Source: Azolla caroliniana
Lineage: Eukaryota > Plantae > Polypodiophyta
DNA length: 64,000 nt
Direction of reading: 5' to 3'
Assembly: GCA_043228905.1 (NCBI GenBank)
Contig: JBHGNT010000012.1
Location: 18,972,001 to 19,036,000 of the forward strand
This document shows, one piece after another, positions 43,352 to 54,728 of this stretch. The translations under genes and the position numbers were made by a program. The notes beneath the pieces are model-generated. The model was given only the letters and a program-made list of their open reading frames with translations, searched no databases and was not told the origin of the DNA. Every line of letters starts with the position of its first letter. The stretch's first letter is position 1.

Positions 43352-46300
43352 ATGCTCACAAAGTCTAGCCCCTCACTGCCAACGTTGGTGGTTCCTACAT
43401 CAAATCCAGGTGATTCCTTCCTTGGAGGAGGGGGTTCAGATGATGCTAATACAATTGCCACGACTCTCTTTAATGACTACGGTGGAGAACACTTGTCTTA
43501 TGCAGATTCTAAACCATATTCTCAATCACTAGAATCTCCTTCATTTCCACCTTTGGATGGAGATCCTAACTTGAATAATAGCTCCAGTGATACTCAGACT
43601 GATCTTGAGACACAAGCAGATATAAATGGACCAGAAGTTGCTGAAAAACATGGGTGCCGAGCAATGAATAATACTGCAAAATATAGGTCCATGATGCCAT
43701 CCAAATTACCGATTCCTTCTTCGAATCCATACTTCACAATTCCACCTGGACTCAGCCCTGCTACTCTCCTAGAATCCCCTGTTCTTTTCAGTGGGGGACT
43801 GGTAAATTAACTTTACAAACTTGGCTTCTTTTGTTTTTTGGTTGACTCTTTCATTATTTTCTTAACTAATGCTCCTTGATTTGTAGGCGGATCCATCTCC
43901 TACAACGGGTTCATTTCCGTTCTTGCCATCTCGTAACCAAAAGGAGTTATTGACTGCTACCAGAAATGATAAACCAAAGGAAAATAACTCTGAACAAAGT
44001 GATGATTTCAACTTCAAACCCCATCCAGTAGTGGTTAAAGATGAAGTGACTCCAATAATTGAGGTTTGTGGATCTCTTATTATGCCAGGTCATAGGGTTT
44101 AGCTTATTCAACTGTTACTCTCTTCTAATGTTTAGATTGATAATTAATATTGTCTTTTGTTTGGTTCTGCTATCGTGATCAAGTACAGTTTCAATTGTCA
44201 TCTCAACCACCAATTACTACCACACTCTCTGGTTCAACATCAACCATGTTTACCAATCTCAAGTCTGAACCACATCATCAGTCACAGACAAATCCACTGT
44301 CAACTGAACCCCCTGCAAAAGCACCAGCATCTCACATACCAATTGTAATGAACCATCCATTTACATACAGGGAGAGGCCAACCGCAGATGGTTATAACTG
44401 GAAAAAGTATGGGCAAAAGCAGTTAAAGGGCAGTGAATTCCCTCGAAGTTACTACAAATGCACATATCCAAATTGTACTGTGAAGAAGCAGGTGGAATGT
44501 TCACATGAAGGAGAGATTACTGAAATTATGTATAAAGGAGACCATAATCATCCTAAACCACAATCCACTCGAAGGATGTCGAGAAGTAGTGTTCACACTC
44601 TGGAGAGGTCACACCAAGAGAGTAATGGTGAAGTTGCAAGCATAACGGGCAGGTTGGACTCCGATAGGATTTCTGGTGATGTCTCTACATCATCTTTGGT
44701 GGTGTCACATGCAGGGCTTGGTGGGACCCCTGAGCAGTCCTTTTGTTCACCTAGCGATGAGGATAATGAAGCAAGCAAAATTGAAGAGGATGATGATGAA
44801 GATGAACAGGATTCCAAACGCAGGTTATCATAATGAAATGCTCAGATAATCAATTCTGTGTTGGTAGGTTTAAATTGACATGCATTCCTCACTAAAAACT
44901 TGTGAATTTCAGGAAAAGTGAGGAGGGCAAAGAGATGGTAGCAAATATGCCAATTAGGACAATACGAGAGCCACGTGTGGTGGTACAAACTACGAGTGAG
45001 GTTGACATTCTTGATGATGGCTATAGGTGGCGAAAATATGGTCAAAAGGTGGTGAAAGGCAATCTTTACCCCAGGTTTGAACGACAAATGCTTTCTATTT
45101 CATTGTTTCCACCTGTAGTTTCTTGATGTATCATTCTACGTCTAGTTTCATTAACTATGGATGCTTCCCTTTGTATGGATGGTTCATTGTGAAGTTTTTC
45201 TGATATAAAGAACTTCCGTAAATCCTAGAATTATTGGAATGCTAGAGGTTATTTTTAGTTAATGGTAACTAAGCTTGGTTCATGCTTCTGAAGCTCTGAT
45301 GGTGAGAGAACCGGTAGAGGATCTATATAGGTCAGAAACCCCTGTATAATTCTATAATCAGGGAACTCCATCAGTTTCATAGTTTCCTTGCAGAGATTCC
45401 AATCCACTCAATAATAAGTGTTCTTTGGTTGGTGCGAAATAGTAGACTGTTGTATTGCTTCAAATGAAATAACCAAATAATCTGCAGTACACTGGTCTTG
45501 GATAAACTCCCTTTTTGACTCATTGCGGATGTCTACCAACAAGGGTTGCAAACAGCTGCTAATCATTTTGTCAAATATCATATCAACTGTATTCAGCAGG
45601 GTGATTTAGAATTTAGAATTTAGAATTTAGAATTTTTTATCGTCCATAAAGAGGCCAGTTTTGACCTATGGGACCAGAGTATACATGTGTTCTTGATATG
45701 TGTCTCATTCCTAAAAAGGGGTATTTATACAACGAAGCACAAAGTCTCTATGCGTGAATAAGGCATACACATGAGCGCAACCTTCTAGGCGGTGTCTCCT
45801 CTTAATATGTCATCATATCTTGAACGAATTGCGCCATATGCCAAGCATGTGAAGAGGAGAATCACCTCCCTCATGGATAATACATCAAGTGGATGTTGCA
45901 TAATGCCATTATAGACATCCACAGTGGCTTCTCGTACATAACATTTGGAGACTGTACTAATGATAATTTTTATTAGTTCGTATGCCTTGTCATATTGTTT
46001 AGCACGTTTTATTTTGTCCAAGGACACTTTGTATGTTTTCATCTATAATGGTACTGCTTTCTCATCCAAAAAACACTTGTTTTATGCACCATGTGTTCGT
46101 GTGTGCTCATGTGAAATATGTTTATGTGTAGAAGAGGGTGAGAGAGTGCCTGTGTGTAGATGAGAGATAGAGATCTGCAAACTACTCAAATATGAGTTTT
46201 TCTTTATAGAAATGTTTTTCCTTTCCCAAGTATACAATATAAAGTTTACAAAGAAATTGGAAAGTCAGCATCTTTTAGAAATGAACTTAGCACCACCTTT

Positions 46301-46956
46301 TAAAACATTTAGTAGTGAAATGTTGCAGTAATGTTAGAATCTTGTTTTAAGTAATGATCTTTAGGTGTATGACTTTTTGCAATTTGTATTATTGAATAAT
46401 GAGAATAATCCTTTTTTTAAATATCATTTTCTTTAGGAGTGACTCTTGTGATTCCATATTATACAGGAGCTATTACAAATGCACAAATATGGGTTGCATA
46501 GTCAGGAAACATGTGGAACGATGCTCTAGTGATCCAAAGTCGGTAATAACGACTTATGAAGGAAAGCACAATCACAATGTGCCACCAGCTCGAGGTGAGG
46601 TTATCCAAGAGGCAAATGCATCTGCACCCTCGCTGCATGCAACATCTGGTACAGATATATATTCAAGGCCTCCAATGAAGCTTGGGACTCGGCATGGTTC
46701 TGTGAGCATGGAGGATGAGACAAGAGTGACAACTTCGGGGAATCAGACGTTCAACAATAATGCAACCATCGTGGATTATACTAGGAATATATCTGGTGGA
46801 TCACATCCTAATCTTATGCCGGGCCAAAACTTCTCTGGAATAGGGTCATTTGGAGCCTGTGAACCACCTCCAAACTGGGAATTGAGGCTACCACAACATT
46901 TCTATCAATCGAACTCATCGCCATTTGTCGCCGATCAATCTTTGTCAAGACCGTAG
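43352..46956 (+). CDS. Group I WRKY transcription factor; exons 43352-43801, 43887-44063, 44189-44823, 44913-45074, 46467-46956 (~637 aa)
   Basis: SP cluster ([24 protein letters not shown]). N-domain [11 protein letters not shown] with C-x4-C...HNH. C-domain [11 protein letters not shown] with the conserved PR intron and C-x4-C...HNH. Confidence 0.93.
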
Positions 46957-49381
46957 CCAGAAGAAATTTGAAAGCAAAATTGATATGGGAACTTTAAAAA
47001 ACAATTGTGCATATTTTTTGTCAGATTATATGTTGGTTTGACTTAAGAGAAATGAAAGCACGTGAGTATCATGTATGCTGGCTTAGTTGTTGGCTCATGT
47101 TGCCCAAAATAGAATTTTTCTATTTGAATAGATGGGAGGGCTGAGGGTTTTTGATCAACTGGTTTTGCTAACTTGATATTCCATTTGTTTGACCTTATGG
47201 CTTGCCCGAAAAGACTGTACATTGACTCAGAAGAACCAAGAACCAAACAATTTCAGATGAGTTATGTAATTGTTGTCCAATCTGACATTCTCTTTTGTAA
47301 GAGGCTAGCTCTTTAGAACCTTGGTACATGTACATATTATAGTTTGGGTCCACCACAAAGACATAAGCATATTGTTAAAAGTTTTGGATATTCTTTCCTT
47401 AGAAGTATATTTGTGCTAGAGGCATGTCATGCATATTTTAATCCTATGAGGATACTGTGGCCAAAAGCTTTGAATATTCTTTCGTTTTGCTAGATTCTGG
47501 TAGTATTGGTTGAAGAGTATGAGCTTTTATGAGGTTTGGCCTCAACCCAAATAGAATCCTTTGTTTTCCATCATGCAAGGCAAAATGTGTCGTTGACTCT
47601 ATGTGATCTTGAAAGAACACATTTTTCCATTCTATGTAGTCCATCACCTTTTTATGCACTTATTTGCTATACAGCAGTCTTTGAGCTGCTTGAAGATTGT
47701 GTTATCGGCATGAAAATGTTTAGTTCAACGAAATAATTTTTGCTTGCAAATATTCAGTTAACTAAATAATAAGAATTAAAACCCGAGATCCAATTATGTA
47801 TAGTTCTAGGATTCAAGCCATGTGTGAAATAAGCTTATCTTCATTTAAGCCTCTGTCGTTTTAATTGAACACTTTCTAATGCAATCACCAGGTTGCTTTT
47901 AGATTACATATTAATGCTGCTTTTAAGAAACACACCTACATTCTTGTGAGTTTTTAAGTTGGAGCATGGATCCATCAAGATTATTGCACTTAATTACAGG
48001 TTGGAACTTGATTTGGTGCAGGTTATCCTTACCAAAAAAAGGAAACTCATTCTTTCAAAAAGATTTTTTCTTCATGAAAAGCTCAAGGATATAACCAGAT
48101 AAAACCACAAATCACTCAACCAATAAGATTGGATATAGCCTTAGCTAGGTGTGCCCAACGAGAAACTTGACCAGTTGTCGTCAACAAATTCATATAAACT
48201 AAACACCATCTCCATACGCAAGCAATGTTTGGCAATAAGATCCCCTGAATTGTAGATAACATGATGAAGAATCAGTAGATTACCACAAAACAAGGCTTGT
48301 AAACTTGCATTTTCCTAAACTAGACAGAACGGAGCACCATATTTTACCCACCCTAGGTTTAATGACGTGAACATCTCCACATACTTTTCCTGGTAGACAC
48401 CATGTGCAATAAATTTGAGATTCTAGGTCACAAAGGGTAAGCTTGTCAGAGATGGTAAAAGCTATCTAGCAAATAAGACAAAGCTTGTATGTAACAGATG
48501 TACAAACAGAGGATGATCAATGCTTTCATAATGCCTCTTTAACAAAATTATGTCTTACATTCCAACATGGGTGAAACCAGTGAACTATCCTTGCGAGTCA
48601 CATTATCATCTAATAAAATCCCCTATTGATCAATCAATGTCCACTAAGCCTGAATCTTATCTCCATATGGACATGGTGGATTGAACTCTTATCTTGGACA
48701 ATGATAGTCGACGTTCTATTCTGGTCACTGGATCGAGGTTTAGGACTGCTTTGATGGGACTAAGCTTATAGTGTTTTTCTTCTCTTTAATATAGATGGAA
48801 TAAGTGAGAAGAAGAATAAAAGATTATGCACATGTAGTAACTGAACTGAGAAGGAAGGTTTAGACTAGAATGTGCAGACAAGACAAGAGTGCAACCAGGC
48901 TATGTCATAGTTAAGCATCACTATATTGAATCTATCATTATGCATCTAACAATTTTCAGTGATACTTGTGGATGATGGATTACTTCCGTAATGATGAAAG
49001 TTCTGGCAAATTGTCTCGAAAGCACCATTGTGAAAGCTCTGACAATCAGCATAATTTCAGGAAGCAATGCCAAAGCCTCAGAGAGAGAACCACATATCAT
49101 ACCTCAATCATTATTTTCCTGGCCCTTCACCGTGCCTCCTTTCATCATTGGTGTCTGGCTTTCGTAACCATAGCTCCTCCTTCACCATCAGAAAGATTTG
49201 ACAATTGCCTTTCCCCAGACTGTGGAGCACACTCTGGAGGGCCCGGGGATTGAGCTTGGAGCTATCATAAAATGAGAAGCCTTCCTTCTTTGCATGCAGA
49301 GAAGCAAAGATTTGTGGGTTGTTTGGATGAGGAGGGAGGTGCAGGGTATCTCTCTCCTCTGTTTTTTTTGTTTTGTTACCA

Positions 49382-52300
49382 AGACTGATGTAGCCAGCAG
49401 TTATGGATTCTCGAATGAAGTGATATCTCACTCCAATGTGCTTGGTCTTTGCATGGTATACTGGGTTTTTAGCCAATGCAATGGCACTCTGACTATCACA
49501 AAACAGTATGGGTACTAGCTTAGATATGCCCATGTCACAAGCTAATCTAGACAGCCATACGACTTCCTTACATGCTTCGCTAGCTGCGACATACTCTGCT
49601 TCTGTAGTGGACAGAGCAGTACATTTTTGGAGACGAGATCTCCAAGATATCGCACCTCCCATAAACTGAAAAATATATCCTGAAGTGGATTTTCTACTGT
49701 CAGAGCAACCAACATAATCAGAATTATGGATACATTTCCACCACCTAAACATAGACACCCATAGACACCTAAACTGAAAAATATATCCTGAAGTGGATTT
49801 TCTACTGTCAGAGCAACTAGCATAATCAGAATTATGGATACATTTCCACCACACAGATATCTTAAAATCAGTTTAACTGCCTCCCAATGTTTATTACCAG
49901 GATTTGACATAAATCTGCTCACAGCTCCCACTGCGAAAGCAATGTCTGGCCTGGTCGCTATCATAACGTACATAAGACTTCCGACTGCGGATTGATAAGG
50001 AACCTTGGACATAGATTTCTTGTCTTCATCAGATGTGGGGCAATCACATGTGCTCAGTTTTACATATGTAGGCAAAGGAGTGCTCAACGGCTTTGCATTC
50101 TCCATATTAAACCTCTTTAGCACTTTCGATATGTACTCGGCTTGAGACAAGTAAATGCATCGCTTACTCCTATCACGAGTGATACGCATACCAAGAATAT
50201 GTTTTGCATCTCCCAAATCCTTCATGTCAAAGTTCTGGCCCAAGTTTTTCTTTAACGAGGATAACTCATCCTTGTTTTTACCAACAATAAGCATGTCATC
50301 AACATATAATATCAATGTGATAAAATTCCCATCTGAACAATTTTTTGTATAAAGACATGCATCTTCATTGCTTCTAGTATATCCTTGAGTCTTCATAAAG
50401 GCATCGAATTTCTGGTACCATAACCTTGGGGACTGCTTAAGCCCATACAAACTCTTCTTGAGTTTACATACCAAATGTTCTTTTCCCGATACTTCATGAC
50501 CTTCTGGTTGTTCCATATAAATATCCTCATCAAGGTCCCCATGCAAGAAGGCAGTCTTCACATCCATTTGGACAAGTTCCAAATTCTGATTTGCAGCCAA
50601 TGAAAGCAACATACGTAATGTAGTCATCTTAACTACAGGAGAAAAGGTTTCATCAAAATCAATTCCATATTCTTGTTTGAAACCTTTGGCAACCAAGCGT
50701 GCTTTATACTTTGGAGAAGCACTATCAGATGTATACTTATACTTGTATACCCATTTGCATGGCAATGCTTTCCTGTCCTTTGGCAAAGGTACTAAATCCC
50801 AAGTACCATTTTTATAAATGTTGTCCAATTCACTTTGCATGGCCTGTTTCCATTTCGCATGGTCATTTACAGATATGGCTTCATTGTAACATGAAGGCTC
50901 ACCGGCATCTGTTAGCATTACATAATAAGCAAACTTACTAGGTGCCTTGGGGACATGCATAGATCTCCTCAATGAATCCTGAACATGAGTGCCATAAGGT
51001 TGTGCATGAGAAACATCATTCTGAGCATCATCATTATGAGCATAAACATCATCTTGCACATCATTGTGCTGAGCATCATCATTTTCGGCATCTTCATCCT
51101 GACCAATAACAGGTTTTTGTGACTGCCCACATGTAGAAGCATCTACATCAGTGAGATTTTTTTATTTTACATCAACAAAAGGCGTACTATCTTTAAATGC
51201 AACCTTTCTCACTTCTACCTCCTTTACGGTCTGTTTATGCATTTTGTTCTCATCCAAAACAACATCACTACTTCTGACCACAGTACGTGTGTCAGGATCC
51301 CATAAGCGATATCCAAACTGCCCATCAATTCCGTAACCAAGAAATATACATTTTCTGCATTTATAGTCTAATTTCTTTCTTAAGGTTTTTGGAATGTGTA
51401 CATATGCTTCGCATCCAAAAACTCTAAGATGAGCATAATGAGGTGTCTTGCCTGTCCACAACTCTTGTGCCACTTTTAGACCTATGGTTGTGTTCGGTGA
51501 TAGGTTAATCACATGGACTGCTGTTAAAACAGCTTCTGCCCAAAAACCTTGCGAGAGGTTTGCATGGTGTAGCATAGAGACAACTCTGTCCTAGATGTTT
51601 CTGTTCATCCTCTCAGCCACACCATTTTGGACAGGGGTGTAAGGAGCTGTAAACTCTCTCCGAATGCCTCTAGACTTGCAAAAGTCATCAAATTCATGAG
51701 AGGTATACTCACCTCCATTGTCTGAACGTAAGGCCTTGAGCTTTATGTCCTTTTCCAGCTCAACCGAACTAAGCCATTTTCTGAAAGTGGGGTATACATC
51801 ATCCTTTCCCTTAATTGGATAAGCCCAAACTTTCCTAGTGGCATCATCAATGAAAGTAACAAAATATAGTGCATGGCCCAAAGATCTTGTGGGCATAGGT
51901 CCACAAACATCCGTGTGGACAAGATCCAATGGTTTAGTGGATGAGTTAACACTGGTCTTATGTGCACTTCTAGTTTGCTTACCATGTTGACAATATTCAC
52001 ATAAAGCAAAATCAGAGAATGAAAACTTAGGTAAGTGGCCATAACGAGATAGGATTTCCATGCCATTTCTTGACATGTGGCCTAAACGACCATGCCAAAT
52101 GCTCGTCATTGGCTGTTCTGTGACAGCCAACAAGTGTTCCTTTTGATGAACAAATAAAGGGTATAGGGAACCAACTTTGTTCCCTTTTGCAACAATCATA
52201 TTTCCTTTCGTTATACGAAAGGATTGAGAAGCAAACATCACCTTATATCCGTTGTCATCTAGCTGACCAACGGAAATCAAACCACGAGTTAGTTGAGGAA

Positions 52301-54175
52301 CATGGCGTACATCTTTAATGGTGAGATGAGAACCATCACTAAAATGCATTGAGATATTTCCAATGCTAATCACATCACATTGATGTGAGTCTCCAAGTCG
52401 AACTTTCCCAAGCGACTTGGCTTCATAACATGTGAACCACTCTCTATGTGGAGTCACATGAAACGATGCATCAGAGTCCAACAACCACGTATGTGATGGG
52501 GAAAAGACCATGTTCACCCCAGCATGTGTGCTAACATCATCTAGGACCAAGATGTCCGTCTCATCACATGTTGCATTTACTTCCTCCGTTTCCAACGAGG
52601 AAGAAGGACCACTAGATTGTCTACCATGCCCTCTAGCATTATCTTTCTCCTTATTTTTAAGGGCATAACAGTCTTTCTTAAGGTGTCCCTTTTTATGACA
52701 ATAATAACACTCCATATTTTTCTTCCTAGATTTGCTTCTACCTCTATCATTTCCACTACTATTTCTTGTTTGGATCCTACCACGGTGTTGGTTCTTGCGA
52801 GGACCAACATCAGAAACATTATATGCATCTCCATTGTGTGATGCAATCACATATTTTCTACGAATTTCTTCACCCAAAAGAGCTCCACATATGTCATTAT
52901 AGACTAATTTCCCATTTGGTGCACTAGCACTAATAGCGGTGCAAAAAGTGTTCCATGAGCTAGGCAAAGTGCATAACAAAAATACACATTTCAGCTCATC
53001 ATCAAAAATCATTTTCTGAGCCAGTAATTGTGACCATAATGCATCAAAATCATTCAAATGAGAGGTGACATTGTCATTGTCCTTCATTCAAAGATCATAA
53101 AGTTTTCTCATTAGATAAACTTTGTTTGATGCGGTCTCTTTTTCATATGTACTGGATAGTTTAGTCCATAGCTTTTCAGCTGAGTCACAGTCCAAGACCG
53201 TGAAATACACGTTGTCAGCTAGGTGTAGTCTTATGGTAGACATTGCCAAGAGATCGAGCTCTTCCCAATCGTCCTTGGTCATGCCCTCGGGTCTCTTGGC
53301 TTCACCACTTATAGCTCTTAATTGCCTTCTTTGAATCATGACATCTCTCATCTGATTCTTCCACAGGGCAAAGTTGGATCCGTCAAATTTACGGATCTCA
53401 AGGTGGTCTTTTCCGCTCATAGATTGATTTCTATGGGGATTAAAGGAACCACTGCGTGAAGTGCTTGAAACCTCGGACATTTCAGAGGCAGCCATTTGGA
53501 TGGTAGGTAAACTTAGTCAATTCCAAATCTAAGCAACTAACGATAGTTGAGACACTACTCACTACCTAGTCTCAAGTACAACTATCATTGTGTTCTAGGG
53601 TAGGTATGTGTGTTCGACTGAGGACAACACCTCACTCTTATATCATCCAAGACAGATGGAATGTAGCTGAGACGTAACTTCCAACGTCACAATCTCACAT
53701 CAAGTGAGCAAGCATCGGAAAAACCAAATACAAGTTTTTATGTGTAAATCCTCTCTTCTGTATACTAGAAACAGTGAGTCCTCTCTGTTTCTACCTTTCA
53801 CCAAAGGTCTATTTTTCTTTTCCCAAAAAAAATTGGCACGAAGAATGTTCATACAAAAACGTGTACTAGATATTACCTCTGTCGAGGTCCTAGAAAAATA
53901 ACATGCGCAGAGGGGGAAAAACGGAGAAATCGGATGCTTTCTGCCACATGCAGTCTTCACGAATCCCTGCGCTCTGATACCACTGTTGGAGAAGAACGAT
54001 GGAGGCGGACAAGCTGCCGTTTTTCCTTACCTGCAGAGAAAATGTCGAACAGCACACAGACAGAGAAAAAATACACAAACAACTTTTTGGGGGCACAAGA
54101 AACCCTCATTTCTATTAGTTTTTATACCTATGCGTAAATAGTAAGAAATAACATATTTGGCCTTTTCTTACTATC
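49382..54175 (-). mobile_element. Doubly truncated Ty1/Copia retrotransposon (partial 5' LTR, PBS, gag-pol up to RNase H)
   Basis: LTR end TGTTGG at 53984 and perfect Met PBS (TGGTATCAGAGC) at 53971-53982. gag-pol runs 53495 to ~49382 in one frame through 3 in-frame stops (53088, 51591, 51162) with CYYCHKKGH, WLLDSDAS, LRSDNGGEY, LILYVDDML and CDSQSAI. A duplication/frameshift lies at 49663-49852. There is no PPT or 3' LTR. Confidence 0.93.
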
Positions 54176-54401
54176 ACCACTACTAAAGGAAGCTGCAATA
54201 GCCTATCTCTCCTCTGTTTCTTTCTGTTTCTTTGTTAGCACTACCAAGGGCACCTGCAATGACATCTCTCTCCTCTGTTTCTTTGTTACCACTACTAAAG
54301 GAAGCTGCAATGGCCTCTCTCTCCTCTGTTTCTTTGTTAGCACTACCAAGGGAAGTTGCAATGGCATCTCTCTCCTCTGTTTTTGTTTTGTTATCACTAC
54401 T
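54176..54401. repeat. ~51-bp minisatellite (actactaagggaagctgcaatggcatctctctcctctgtttctttgttacc), split by insertions
   Basis: About 4.5 copies here. The same unit also occurs at 49340-49381, 61779-61798 and 63541-63672. Confidence 0.9.
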
Positions 54402-54728
54402 AACACCGGGTCATTTGAAACAGGTAATATGTCGCATTATGAGAACACTACGTCGAAAAAGGGCACAAAAGCACGCAGTTTTCAAAAAGACACGACGCAT
54501 GCGTAAAGCTTTTCAGAAAAGGTGGCAAAATATATTGAATTTCAACATGACTACCACTTTGAGGCATAAGTAAAATGCCTCCAAAAATACATCACCAAAA
54601 TTACAAAATAATGTACAACATGTCTACCAGTTACAATTATACATATTCGTGAGTTTACATCCAAAACAAATTTACAAAGTTTCCGATCATGTAGTAAAAC
54701 AATCCCCAGCTTGAACCAAACCAATATG

